NCBI GenBank assembly: GCA_964646885.1
Contig: CAZYFM010000002.1
Span: forward strand, 10,720 to 74,719
Source of the DNA: an uncultured Flavobacteriaceae bacterium
Lineage (GTDB): Bacteria > Pseudomonadota > Alphaproteobacteria > Micropepsales > Micropepsaceae
Reading direction: 5' to 3'
DNA: 64,000 nt
Numbering within the stretch: position 1 is the first letter of the stretch; every line of letters begins with the position of its first letter. Below the pieces are notes generated by a model, which had not been told where the DNA came from, made no database searches, and was given only the letters and a program-made list of their open reading frames with translations. This document shows, in pieces, positions 49,302 through 59,036 of the stretch. Made by a program: the position numbers and the translations under genes.

Positions 49302-50234
49302 TCATGACTTGCTGTCCGGCATGTCGAGGCCCATCTCGCGGTAGTGCTCGGGATCCTCGGACCAGTTCTCCCGGACCTTCACGTGGAGGAAGAGATGAAC
49401 CTTGTGTCCGAACAGCTCTTCCATCTCCTTGCGTGCGGTTTCGCCGAGGAGCTTGATGGTTGCTCCGCCCTTGCCCAGCACGATGGCCCGCTGGCTCTCG
49501 CGCTCGACGAAGATGGTCTGCTCCAGCCGCGCCGAACCATCCGGCTTTGACTGCCATTGCTCTGTCACAACCGTGGTCGCGTAAGGCAGCTCCTGATGCA
49601 GGCGATCATAGATGCGCTCGCGCGTGATCTCAGCCGCCAACTGGCGCATGGGCATGTCCGCCGCCTGGTCTGCCGGATAGGCCCAGGGACCTTCCGGCAC
49701 GTGCTTGGCGAGATACCTCAGGAGGTCCGCTGTCCCCTTCTTCTGCGAAGCGGAAACAAGAAACGTCTCGTCGAAGCGTGCGCGCTTGCTCAACTGCTCG
49801 ATCAGAGGCAGCAACCGATCCCGCGGCATCGTATCGATCTTGTTGATCACCAGGATCGAACTGCGCTGCGCCTCGTTCAGCTTCTGGAGAATGCGATCCG
49901 TGTCGCGCGCTGAAAGGCCGTTGGGTGATTGCAGCAGCTCTTCGGCATCCACAAGCAGGCAGACAAGGTCCGCCTCGTCCGCGCCGAGCCAGGCCGCCTG
50001 CACCATGGCCCGGTCCAGCTTTCGCCGCGGCTGGAATATGCCCGGCGTGTCAACCAGCACGACCTGGGAGGTCTCATGCATCGCAACACCGCGAATGCGC
50101 ATGCGGGTCGTCTGGACCTTTCGGCTCACGATCGAGACCTTCGTCCCTACGAGGGCATTGACCAGCGTGGACTTGCCGGCATTCGGTGCGCCGATGATGG
50201 CAACAAATCCGCAGCGCGTGGCGTGTGTCGTCAA
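49302..50234 (-). CDS. era: GTPase Era
   Basis: G1 GAPNAGKST, G3 DTPG, G4 NKID and a C-terminal KH domain. The TTG start overlaps the rnc stop (TTGA). Confidence 0.93.
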   Translation of the reverse strand: MTTHATRCGFVAIIGAPNAGKSTLVNALVGTKVSIVSRKVQTTRMRIRGVAMHETSQVVLVDTPGIFQPRRKLDRAMVQAAWLGADEADLVCLLVDAEELLQSPNGLSARDTDRILQKLNEAQRSSILVINKIDTMPRDRLLPLIEQLSKRARFDETFLVSASQKKGTADLLRYLAKHVPEGPWAYPADQAADMPMRQLAAEITRERIYDRLHQELPYATTVVTEQWQSKPDGSARLEQTIFVERESQRAIVLGKGGATIKLLGETARKEMEELFGHKVHLFLHVKVRENWSEDPEHYREMGLDMPDSKS

Positions 50235-50959
50235 GTTATCACCTTTTCAAGCAGGTTTCGGGCGGCCGCCTGCTCTGCGGCTCTGAGATTGCTGCCTTCG
50301 CCCGTCACGCAGGGTTTCGATGGAACTGCCACCTCCACCGTGAACCGCGGCGCGTGATCAGGACCATCCCGATGGAGAAGCCGATAGGTCGGATTGCCAA
50401 GCTTTCGCGCCTGTGCCCATTCCTGCAATACGTTTTTGGGGTCGCGCAGGTCGCCACGAACTTCTTCAAGCAGCGGAGTCCAGTGCTTGAGGACGAAGGC
50501 GCGCGCAACCTCGATGCCGCCATCAAGGTAGAGGGCGGCGATCAGCGCCTCGCAGGCATCACCCAGGATGGCCGGCTTTCGTCGGCCGCCGGCGCGGTCC
50601 TCGGACGGAGCCATCACGATGGCCCCATCAAGGCCGGAACTGACAGCAACGCGCGCGCAGGTTTCTTCCCGGACGAGCGCGTTGAGTTTCAGCGCAAGCG
50701 CGCCTTCATCAGCAGTGGGAAAGTGACTGAGAAGCAGGTCGGCGATCAGGACACCCAGCACGCGATCCCCGAGAAACTCAAGCCGCTCGTTGTCGGCGCC
50801 CTCCGCACTGCTGTGGGTCAGCGCGAGGCGAAGCAGGTTCGGATCCTTGAAGGTATGCCCGAAGGAAGGGAGCGCGCGATCAGCCAATGCTTTGGAAGAG
50901 CCTGCTGTAGCGGATCGCCGCGGGCCACTTCCAGATTTCCCAGTTCTTCGCGCTGCCAT
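50231..50959 (-). CDS. rnc: ribonuclease III
   Basis: Signature ERLEFLGDRVLG and a dsRBD C-terminus. The start is uncertain. The ATG at 50959 overlaps the lepB end by 80 nt. A TTG at 50887 (LADRALPSFGHTF...) overlaps by only 8 nt. Confidence 0.9.
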   Translation of the reverse strand: MAARRTGKSGSGPRRSATAGSSKALADRALPSFGHTFKDPNLLRLALTHSSAEGADNERLEFLGDRVLGVLIADLLLSHFPTADEGALALKLNALVREETCARVAVSSGLDGAIVMAPSEDRAGGRRKPAILGDACEALIAALYLDGGIEVARAFVLKHWTPLLEEVRGDLRDPKNVLQEWAQARKLGNPTYRLLHRDGPDHAPRFTVEVAVPSKPCVTGEGSNLRAAEQAAARNLLEKVIT

Positions 50960-51641
50960 CTGTCGAAAACAATATGAGGTCGGCCCGGCCGACGAGGTTC
51001 TCTTCCGGAACGAAGCCGACCCCGCTGTTCGGAATGCGGCTGTCATTGGACTGGTCCCGGTTGTCACCCATCATAAAGTAGTGGCCCGCGGGTACAACGA
51101 ATTCTTGGGTATTGTCCCATCCCGGATAATCGGGATCCCGGTCCAGCACGTAGTGCGAGACACCATTGGGCAGCGTCTCGACATAGCGGGGAATGCGCTC
51201 CTCATAGCCATAGGGCGACACCCGGACGAAGTCGTCCGCGCGCTTCATCTTGCACGGCACGCCATTGATGTGCAGTACGCCGTCAATCATCTGGATGCGA
51301 TCACCGGGCAAGCCGACAACCCGCTTGATGTAGTCTTCGCTCGGACGGGCCGGCAGCTTGAAGACCACCACATCACCGCGCTGCGGCTGTCCACTCCAGA
51401 CGCGTCCCGAAAACAGGTTCGGCGACCATGGGAACGTGTGCTTGGAATAGCCGTAGCTGAACTTGGTGACGAACAGGTAGTCGCCAACCAGAAGCGTGTC
51501 CTCCATCGAGCTGGAGGGGATGTTGAACGGCTGGAACAGGAACGTCCGGATGAATACCGCAAGCAGCAGGGCGTAAAACACAACACGGAACACTTCAGCA
51601 CCCCACCCCAGTCGCCAGGTGAATGGCGATTGCCCCGTCAC
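50880..51641 (-). CDS. lepB: signal peptidase I (copy 2)
   Basis: Catalytic Ser box IPSSSMEDTL, Lys box YIKRVVGLPGD, and GDNRDQSNDSR. GTG start. Confidence 0.92.
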   Translation of the reverse strand: MTGQSPFTWRLGWGAEVFRVVFYALLLAVFIRTFLFQPFNIPSSSMEDTLLVGDYLFVTKFSYGYSKHTFPWSPNLFSGRVWSGQPQRGDVVVFKLPARPSEDYIKRVVGLPGDRIQMIDGVLHINGVPCKMKRADDFVRVSPYGYEERIPRYVETLPNGVSHYVLDRDPDYPGWDNTQEFVVPAGHYFMMGDNRDQSNDSRIPNSGVGFVPEENLVGRADLILFSTDGSAKNWEIWKWPAAIRYSRLFQSIG

Positions 51642-51651
51642 GTTACTGCCA

Positions 51652-52416
51652 TCAGGAAATCAGGTTCAGAAGCCTGCTGTAGCGAATGGCGAACGGCCAC
51701 TTCCACAGCTCCCAGACCGCCGCAGACCCGTCATGCGAAAAGAAAATGACCTGGGCGCGACCGACGAGATTGGCGGCAGGCACATAACCGACATCGCCGC
51801 GGCTGTCGTTCGAGTTGTCCCGGTTGTCACCCATCATGAAATAGTGACCGGCAGGAACAACGAATTCTTCCGTGTCGTCGAAGCGGGAAGCGACGTCGCG
51901 GTTGAGCACGACATGCGACACGCCATTCGGAAGAGTTTCAAGGTAACGCTCCACGTTGACCTGAGTGCCATCCTCGAGTGTTTCCACGCGATCCTCGATG
52001 CGCTCGAGCTTCACGGGCACGCCATTGATGTGGAGCACGCCGCCGATCACCTGGATGCGGTCGCCGGGCAATCCAACCACGCGCTTGATGTAATCCTGGC
52101 TCGGGTCGCTGGGCAGGCGGAATACGACCACATCACCACGCTCGGCCTCGCCACCAAGAATTCGCTCCTCGGAAGCGTGCGCCGGAGCGATCAGCGGAAT
52201 GGAATAGACCGAGTAGCCGTAAGTGAACTTGGAAACAAAAAGGTAATCTCCAACCTCAAGCGATCCCTCCATCGAGCTCGACGGAATGCGGAAAGGCTGG
52301 AACAGGAGGGTCTGAACGAAGGCCACAATGCCCACGACGATACCGATCGTCTTTGCCGTCTCAACGACACTTTCGCTCTTCCACCACGGCTTGTCGGTGC
52401 TGGCAGTCATTCGCAT
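51652..52416 (-). CDS. lepB: signal peptidase I (copy 1)
   Basis: IPSSSMEGSL, YIKRVVGLPGD and GDNRDNSNDSR. It lies 10 nt upstream of the second copy. Confidence 0.92.
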   Translation of the reverse strand: MRMTASTDKPWWKSESVVETAKTIGIVVGIVAFVQTLLFQPFRIPSSSMEGSLEVGDYLFVSKFTYGYSVYSIPLIAPAHASEERILGGEAERGDVVVFRLPSDPSQDYIKRVVGLPGDRIQVIGGVLHINGVPVKLERIEDRVETLEDGTQVNVERYLETLPNGVSHVVLNRDVASRFDDTEEFVVPAGHYFMMGDNRDNSNDSRGDVGYVPAANLVGRAQVIFFSHDGSAAVWELWKWPFAIRYSRLLNLIS

Positions 52417-52533
52417 GGTACCTTGGGTTCGTTCCTTGACATTGTACTATCAGATGAGGTTTGGGCCAAAAAGTGTCAATCGTCGGCCCATTACAACCGG
52501 TTAACCGCTACCGAGGGAATCCGGCCCCGGAAC

Positions 52534-52947
52534 TCACTGGAGAGGCGAATTCTCGGGCACGGCGGAGATGATCACGATGGCTTGAGCCAGCGGAAAGTCG
52601 TCGGTGATCGAAAGGTCGATCTGCGCCTTCATTCCCGGGGGAATCATCGACTTCAGCCGTTCCGCGGCTCCCCCGGTGAGTTCCATTGTGGGCTTGCCGG
52701 AACGCAGGTTCACCACGCCAAGGTCGCGCCAGTACACGCTTTTGCGAAAACCCGTGCCCAGCGCCTTGGAACACGCCTCTTTTGCCGCAAAGCGCTTCGC
52801 ATACGATGCAGCCCGGTTGCGCCGCCCCTCGGACTTGCGCTGCTCGGTCGGCGTAAACAGCCGTTGGACAAACCTGTCCCCGAACCGTTCGAGCGTGGCC
52901 TCGATCCGCCGGATGTCGATGAGATCGCTTCCAATTCCAATGATCAT
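52534..52947 (-). CDS. acpS: holo-[acyl-carrier-protein] synthase
   Basis: [17 protein letters not shown]-terminus, 137 aa. Confidence 0.92.
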   Translation of the reverse strand: MIIGIGSDLIDIRRIEATLERFGDRFVQRLFTPTEQRKSEGRRNRAASYAKRFAAKEACSKALGTGFRKSVYWRDLGVVNLRSGKPTMELTGGAAERLKSMIPPGMKAQIDLSITDDFPLAQAIVIISAVPENSPLQ

Positions 52948-52986
52948 CTGAAGGGTCCCGGAGGTTCAGGGATGTGGGACGTCACG

Positions 52987-53730
52987 TCATCCCCGCGCTT
53001 CGTTCATCAGCTGCCGCATGCGCCGGATCGAGCTTTCAAGTCCGGTAAATATGGCCTCGCCGATGAGGAAGTGACCGATGTTGAGCTCCGCCAGCTCGGG
53101 GATTCGCGCCACCGGACCAACAGTGTCAAAGCTCAGGCCGTGCCCTGCATGCACCTCGAGGCCCAATGACTGTCCCCACCGCGCGCCCCGGGTAAGGCGA
53201 TCAAGGATTTCGTCCCGCAGCGTCAGGTCGCCAGCCACGTGCGCTTCGCAATAGGCACCGGTGTGCAGCTCGACGACATGGGCGCCGACACTCTTGGATG
53301 CTTCCAGCTGACGCTCGGCAGCCTCGATGAACATGGACACGCGGATCCCGGCATCAGCCAGCTTCCGAACCATCGGCGCGAGATGATTATGGCCACCGGC
53401 GACGTCCAGCCCGCCTTCGGTGGTTCTCTCCTGCCGTCGCTCCGGAACCAGGCAAACGGCATGCGGCTTGTGCCGCAGCGCAATCGCCAGCATCTCCTCG
53501 GTCGCCGCCATCTCGAGATTGAGCGGACACTTCAGCTGCCGGGTGAGCGCGTCGATGTCGGCATCCGTGATGTGCCGCCGATCCTCGCGCAGATGCGCGG
53601 TGATCCCGTCGGCACCGGCAGCCTGTGCGATAAGCGCCGCACGTATCGGGTCCGGGTGCGCACCGCCTCGCGCGTTGCGCACCGTCGCAACGTGGTCGAT
53701 GTTCACCCCGAGCCGAAGGTGCGGCAGCAT
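52987..53730 (-). CDS. pdxJ: pyridoxine 5'-phosphate synthase
   Basis: ATG at 53730 (MLPHLRLGVNIDHVATVRNARG). The start overlaps the pyrE stop by 1 nt (TGATG). Confidence 0.92.
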   Translation of the reverse strand: MLPHLRLGVNIDHVATVRNARGGAHPDPIRAALIAQAAGADGITAHLREDRRHITDADIDALTRQLKCPLNLEMAATEEMLAIALRHKPHAVCLVPERRQERTTEGGLDVAGGHNHLAPMVRKLADAGIRVSMFIEAAERQLEASKSVGAHVVELHTGAYCEAHVAGDLTLRDEILDRLTRGARWGQSLGLEVHAGHGLSFDTVGPVARIPELAELNIGHFLIGEAIFTGLESSIRRMRQLMNEARG

Positions 53731-54314
53731 CACTTCAGTCCCCGGCTTCCCGGCTTCACGGCCGGAATGCCCTTGAGATGCTTCGGAATCTTGTCGGGCT
53801 CCCACGACGGCACCTTGAGCCGCGCCAGCGGAATGAAAGGCACGTCAAACTTCGCCTCGCCGCCGGATCGATCGATCAGGCAGGCAAGTGCCACAACGTT
53901 GGCGCCGGTCTTGCGAACCGCGTCGATGCACTCGCGCGACGACAGGCCTGTGGAGACGACATCCTCGACAATCACGACATTCATCTTGCTGTCGAGGTGG
54001 AAATTGCGGCGCAACTGGAACGCGCCGTCCTGGCGCTCGACGAACATCGCCGGCAGCTTGAGGTGCCGCGCAGTCTCATAGCCGGGAATGATGCCACCAA
54101 CGGCGGGAGAGACGACGGCGTCCACGCGCTTCTTGACCTTCGACTGGATCAACTGCGCCAGCGCCTTGCACAGCTTCGCCGTGCGCTGCGGATACTGGAA
54201 GACCAGGGCCTTCTGCAGGAACGTATCGGAGTGCCGCCCCGAAGACAGGATGAAGTGCCCCTTGAGCAGCGCTCCTGCCTTTTCAAACTCAGCCAGTACT
54301 TCATCAAGCGTCAT
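53730..54314 (-). CDS. pyrE: orotate phosphoribosyltransferase
   Basis: ATG at 54314 (MTLDEVLAEFEKAGALLKGHFILSSGRHS). PRPP-binding VVIVEDVVSTG. Confidence 0.9.
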   Translation of the reverse strand: MTLDEVLAEFEKAGALLKGHFILSSGRHSDTFLQKALVFQYPQRTAKLCKALAQLIQSKVKKRVDAVVSPAVGGIIPGYETARHLKLPAMFVERQDGAFQLRRNFHLDSKMNVVIVEDVVSTGLSSRECIDAVRKTGANVVALACLIDRSGGEAKFDVPFIPLARLKVPSWEPDKIPKHLKGIPAVKPGSRGLK

Positions 54315-56472
54315 GCGCAGTCGTCTCCTTTTCGCCATGCGGGCGATCAACGGCGTTGACCGATGGTGAGGCCCGCAGCGCCGCGATGATCGTGGCAAGA
54401 TGGCGGGCGTCATTCACCTCAACGTCGACGATCATGTCAAATACCAGAGGCGAGCGTCCCACAATCTTGAGGTTCGTGATGTTTCCGCCCTGCTTGGCGA
54501 TGACGTCACACACCTTCGCCAGGGTCCCCGAAACATTGTTCATCGCAATCTTGAGGCGACCGACCTGCACTTCGTTCGACGCATCAGGCGCCCAGCGCAC
54601 GTCAACCCATCGGTCGGGCTGGTCCTGAACTTCTTCAAGGCGCTCGCAATCCGCAGTGTGCACCATGACGCCCGTTCCCTGGGTAATCACGCCGATGATG
54701 CGATCCCCCGCCAGCGGCTGGCAGCACGTTGCCAGGTGAAATGCGAGGCCGGACTGCATGCTCAGGATCGGAATGGCACCTGGCTTGGCCTTCCGGTTCA
54801 CGAGCTTCGTCCATCCCTGCATGTCCTTGTCGGGCGTGTACTCCGGCACAGCAGCCTTGAGCACGTCAATGGACGACATCTCGCCCTTCGCCAGCTGCAG
54901 GAACACGTCTTCGATCTTCTGCGCATTCAGCTTCTTGAGTGCCGCCGTGACCGCCTTGTCGGTGTATTCATGACCCGCATCCCTGAACGCCTTCTCGATG
55001 ATGGCGCGCCCCATGCGCTGCTGCTCGGACTTCTCGGCGTTGCGAAGATACTTCTTGATGGACGCCTGCGCCTTTCCCGTGACGACCATCGTTTCCCAAA
55101 CCGCAGAGGGACCCTGCTTGGGAGAGCGGATGATCTCGACCATTTCGCCATTCTTCAGCTTCGTGCCAAGCGGCATGTGTCGCCCATTGATCTTGGCGCC
55201 AATGCACGTATCGCCGACTTCCGTGTGCACCGCATACGCGAAGTCGATGGGCGAAGCCCCGCGCGGCAACGCGATCAGCTGCCCCTTCGGCGTAAAGCAG
55301 AAGACCTGGTCCTGGAACAGCTCAAGGCGCGTATGCTCCAGGAACTCCTCGGGTGTGTTGCCATCCTTGAGCGACTGGATCAGCGTTCGCAGCGACTCAT
55401 AGGCATCGATGCTGGCCAGCGGCCGCCGGCCATTGAGCTTGTCCTTGTAGCTCCAGTGAGCCGCAATGCCGCTTTCGGCGACCTCATGCATCTCCCGTGA
55501 CCTGATCTGCAGTTCGATGCGCTGGTTCTCGGGTCCGTAGATTTCGGTATGGATCGAACGGTAGTTGTTCGACTTCGGAAGGGAGATATAGTCCTTGAAG
55601 CGCCCGGGTACGTGGCGCCAGGCCTGATGCAGCACGCCGAGCGCCTTGTAGCACTCCTCAATGCTCCCCACGACGATGCGCAGCGCAAAGATGTCGGACA
55701 GCTGGTCGAAGGTAACCCGCTTCTCTTCCATCTTTCTCCAGATGGAATAAGGCTTCTTCTCGCGGCCCGACACGCTGGCCTGGATGCTGAACTCGTTCAG
55801 CTTGCGCAGGAGCGCGGTCTCGATGCGCTTGGTCACCTCTCCCTTTTCGGAGCGAAGTTCCGCCAGCCTCTTGAGGATCGAATCCCGCATCTCGGCGTTG
55901 ATGACCGCAAAGGCCCTGTCCTCGAACTCCTCGCGGAAGTTCTGCATGCCCATGCGGCCAGCGAGTGGCGCGTAGATCTCCATCGTCTCGGTCGCAATCC
56001 GCTTCCTGCGCTCGGGCGTTTTCACGCCCTGGAGGGTTCTCATGTTGTGCAGGCGGTCTGCGAGCTTGACCAGCAGCACTCTCACGTCATGGCTCATCGC
56101 GAGCATGAACTTGCGGAAGTTCTCGGCCTGCTTGGTCTGCTCGGACTGCAGCTCGAGCTTCGAGAGTTTGGTGACGCCATCGACGAGATCTGCGATCTCG
56201 CGCCCGAACAGCTTTTCGATGTCGGCGTGGGTCACGTCGGTGTCTTCGATCGTGTCGTGAAGCAGCGCAGTCACGATCGTGGCGGTATCGAGCTTGAGGT
56301 CGGTAAGGATGCCGGCAACTTCGAGCGGATGGGAGAAATAGGGATCGCCGGAGTCCCGCTTCTGGTTGCCATGCGCCTTGACGCCGAAGACGTAGGCCCG
56401 GTTCAGAAGGTCCTCGTCCGCATCCGGATCATAGGCCTTTACGCGTTCAACGAGCTCAAACTGCCTCATCAT
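54304..56472 (-). CDS. spoT: bifunctional (p)ppGpp synthetase/hydrolase (RelA/SpoT homolog)
   Basis: HD hydrolase region (HGNQKRDSGDPYFSHPLEV), synthetase block RIELQIRSREMH, and TGS and ACT C-terminal domains. It sits downstream of rpoZ. Confidence 0.93.
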   Translation of the reverse strand: MMRQFELVERVKAYDPDADEDLLNRAYVFGVKAHGNQKRDSGDPYFSHPLEVAGILTDLKLDTATIVTALLHDTIEDTDVTHADIEKLFGREIADLVDGVTKLSKLELQSEQTKQAENFRKFMLAMSHDVRVLLVKLADRLHNMRTLQGVKTPERRKRIATETMEIYAPLAGRMGMQNFREEFEDRAFAVINAEMRDSILKRLAELRSEKGEVTKRIETALLRKLNEFSIQASVSGREKKPYSIWRKMEEKRVTFDQLSDIFALRIVVGSIEECYKALGVLHQAWRHVPGRFKDYISLPKSNNYRSIHTEIYGPENQRIELQIRSREMHEVAESGIAAHWSYKDKLNGRRPLASIDAYESLRTLIQSLKDGNTPEEFLEHTRLELFQDQVFCFTPKGQLIALPRGASPIDFAYAVHTEVGDTCIGAKINGRHMPLGTKLKNGEMVEIIRSPKQGPSAVWETMVVTGKAQASIKKYLRNAEKSEQQRMGRAIIEKAFRDAGHEYTDKAVTAALKKLNAQKIEDVFLQLAKGEMSSIDVLKAAVPEYTPDKDMQGWTKLVNRKAKPGAIPILSMQSGLAFHLATCCQPLAGDRIIGVITQGTGVMVHTADCERLEEVQDQPDRWVDVRWAPDASNEVQVGRLKIAMNNVSGTLAKVCDVIAKQGGNITNLKIVGRSPLVFDMIVDVEVNDARHLATIIAALRASPSVNAVDRPHGEKETTAHDA

Positions 56473-56562
56473 GGCGGGCTGCTCCGCGTGATGGCGCTAC
56501 GGCAGAGATCGGGCTGCAGCCGATCTCCCGGTGATGACGGCAGGCGGGAAAGAATGAGTGCG

Positions 56563-56946
56563 TCAAACGTCCCCGTCGTCAACCTCTTCCACCACCTCTT
56601 GGCGCTTGACATCGGAGTCGGCGCGCATCGCGCGCGCGTAGTCAGCTTCGGAAATCTGGATGCTTTCCGGCGCATCGACGGTCTCGACGGGGGGCTTGTC
56701 AGCCTCGGGCTCATCCGTCTCGATGTGGCGCTGCAGGCTCGTCAGGAATTCTTCCTTCAGCGGCTCGTGCTGCACCTTCGTGGAAGCGATCTCGCGAAGC
56801 GCCACAACCGGGTTCTTGTCGTTGTCACGATCGACCAGCAGGCCGGCGCCCGACGTTATCGCCCGCGCGCGATGGGCGGCGAGAAGCACCAGCTCAAAGC
56901 GGTTCGAGATCTTGTCCACGCAGTCTTCAACGGTGACGCGAGCCAT
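56563..56946 (-). CDS. rpoZ: DNA-directed RNA polymerase subunit omega
   Basis: [28 protein letters not shown]. Confidence 0.92.
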   Translation of the reverse strand: MARVTVEDCVDKISNRFELVLLAAHRARAITSGAGLLVDRDNDKNPVVALREIASTKVQHEPLKEEFLTSLQRHIETDEPEADKPPVETVDAPESIQISEADYARAMRADSDVKRQEVVEEVDDGDV

Positions 56947-57019
56947 GAGGCGCAAAAATCCTTGTATTCGAGGGAGTTAGCGCCAAAATAGCGTGCTGCG
57001 ACTGCGAAAACAAGGATTT

Positions 57020-57523
57020 TCAGCCAGTTTCCAGGCTGTCCATCATCGGCCAAACACCTTCTTCCCCAGTAATTTCGAGCAAATCAGCGATGGGAGCGCC
57101 CGTGTCAGGATGTCGCCATCCGGGACACACGTCCCGCAGCGGCAGCAGCACGAAGGCCCTCTCGTGCAGGCGGGGATGGGGCAGCATCAACTCATCCACG
57201 TCCGAAATTAACCCTCCGTAGTCGACGAGGTCCAGGTCGAGGCAGCGCGGCTCCCATCGTGTTTTCCGGACGCGCCCGAAATGACGTTCGATGGCAAAAA
57301 GCGTCTGCAGCGTTTCGAGCGGCCCCTTCGCCGTCTTCACACGGACGACCGCATTGACGAACGCGGGATCCGTGGGATCCGGCCACGCCGTTGAATGGTA
57401 AAAGCGCGAGACGGCTTCGACGACAAGTCCATGCCGGGGCATGAGATCGATGGCCGCGCGCAACGTGGTTGCGGGAGGACCGACCTTGGACGGAACATTG
57501 GCGCCCAGACTGACATAAATCAT
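57020..57523 (-). CDS. folK: 2-amino-4-hydroxy-6-hydroxymethyldihydropteridine diphosphokinase
   Basis: ATG at 57523 (MIYVSLGANV...). RWEPRCLDLDLV and LPHPRLHERAFVLLPL blocks. Confidence 0.88.
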   Translation of the reverse strand: MIYVSLGANVPSKVGPPATTLRAAIDLMPRHGLVVEAVSRFYHSTAWPDPTDPAFVNAVVRVKTAKGPLETLQTLFAIERHFGRVRKTRWEPRCLDLDLVDYGGLISDVDELMLPHPRLHERAFVLLPLRDVCPGWRHPDTGAPIADLLEITGEEGVWPMMDSLETG

Positions 57524-57623
57524 GATTTGCAAACCCGCATTAGGGACAGATTCCCACGTTTTCAAATGCAGCAACAGCATGCAATACTGCACAGAACTAC
57601 AGGGGAATTGAGAGGGAAATCAC

Positions 57624-59036
57624 GTGAATCGACACCATTTGCTGGCGGTGCTCACCGCGGCAGCCCTCGCGCTTGCGGGCTGCGCCACCACCGACACTAT
57701 CGAGGCACCGGCACCTGCCGGGCCAAATCTCGACCCTCAGGTCGACGCCAACCCCTTCCCGTCGACGTATAAGCCGCTGCCAGGCCAGCCCACGGCATTC
57801 GTGGGCGCGACCGCGTTTACGGGCACCGGCGATCGGATCGACAATGCCACGGTGGTCATCCGCGACGGCAAGATCGAGTCGGTATCCGCCGGCGCGTCTG
57901 CCCCGTCTGGCTACAAGGTGGTCGACGCGAAAGGCAAATGGATCACGCCAGGCATTATCGACGCGCACTCGCATCTCGGCGTGTACCCGCAGCCGGGCGT
58001 GGCAGCAGTCAGCGACGGAAATGAAGCCATCAGCCCCAACACGGCGCAGGTCTGGGCGGAACACTCGGTGTGGCCGCAGGACGAAGGGTTCAATGCGGTC
58101 CGTCGAGGCGGCGTGACGTCAATGCTCATCCTGCCGGGCTCTGCCAATCTCTTCGGTGGCAGGTCGGTCACCGTCAAGAATGTCCCCTCGACAACGGTGC
58201 AGGGCATGAAGTTCCCGGATGCCCCGTATGGCCTGAAAATGGCCTGCGGTGAAAATCCGAAGAGGGTCTATGGAAACAAGGGTTCGGCCCCCTCGACCCG
58301 CATGGGCAATGTCGCCGGCTATCGCGCCGCCTGGATTGAAGCGGCTCAATACGCTCGCAAATGGGACGCCTATCGCGCTGGCGGCAGCAAGGGAGACGCC
58401 CCGCCACGGGACCTGAAGCTCGACACGCTCGCCGGCGTCCTGAAAGGTGAAATCCTCGTCCAGAACCACTGCTATCGGGCAGACGAAATGGCGATCATGA
58501 TCGATATCGCGAAGGAATTCGGATATCGCATTCGCGCCTTCCACCACGCCTCCGAGGCCTACAAGATCGCCGACCTGCTTGCGAAGGAAGACATTTGCGC
58601 GGCGACGTGGGCAGGCTGGTGGGGTTTCAAGATGGAGTCGATTGACGGCATTCCCGCCAACGCCGCCCTGCTTCATGCAGCAGGCGGATGTGCGGTCATC
58701 CATTCAGATGACCCCATCCTCGCCCAACGCCTGAACCAGGAAGCGGCTGCCGCGCTCGCGGCCGGACGCAAGATCGGGCTGAAGATCTCGGATGCGGATG
58801 CCATACGCTGGATCACGGCCAATCCCGCGAAGATGCTGGGCATTCTCGACAAGACGGGCACGCTGGAAGCCGGAAAGATGGCTGACATTGTCGTCTGGAA
58901 TGCAAATCCGCTGTCGGTCTACGCACTCGCGGAGCAGGTCTACGTGGATGGCGCTGTCGTCTATGACCGTGCCGACGCCGGGCGCCAGCCCAAGTCCGAC
59001 TTCATGATTGACCGCAAGGCTGGAGGAAACGAGTAA
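57624..59036 (+). CDS. amidohydrolase family metallohydrolase, lipoprotein
   Basis: The GTG start follows AGAGGGA. Lipobox LALAGC. Metal-binding HxH in TPGIIDAHSHLG, later FHHASE and VIHSDD. Confidence 0.88.
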   Translation: MNRHHLLAVLTAAALALAGCATTDTIEAPAPAGPNLDPQVDANPFPSTYKPLPGQPTAFVGATAFTGTGDRIDNATVVIRDGKIESVSAGASAPSGYKVVDAKGKWITPGIIDAHSHLGVYPQPGVAAVSDGNEAISPNTAQVWAEHSVWPQDEGFNAVRRGGVTSMLILPGSANLFGGRSVTVKNVPSTTVQGMKFPDAPYGLKMACGENPKRVYGNKGSAPSTRMGNVAGYRAAWIEAAQYARKWDAYRAGGSKGDAPPRDLKLDTLAGVLKGEILVQNHCYRADEMAIMIDIAKEFGYRIRAFHHASEAYKIADLLAKEDICAATWAGWWGFKMESIDGIPANAALLHAAGGCAVIHSDDPILAQRLNQEAAAALAAGRKIGLKISDADAIRWITANPAKMLGILDKTGTLEAGKMADIVVWNANPLSVYALAEQVYVDGAVVYDRADAGRQPKSDFMIDRKAGGNE

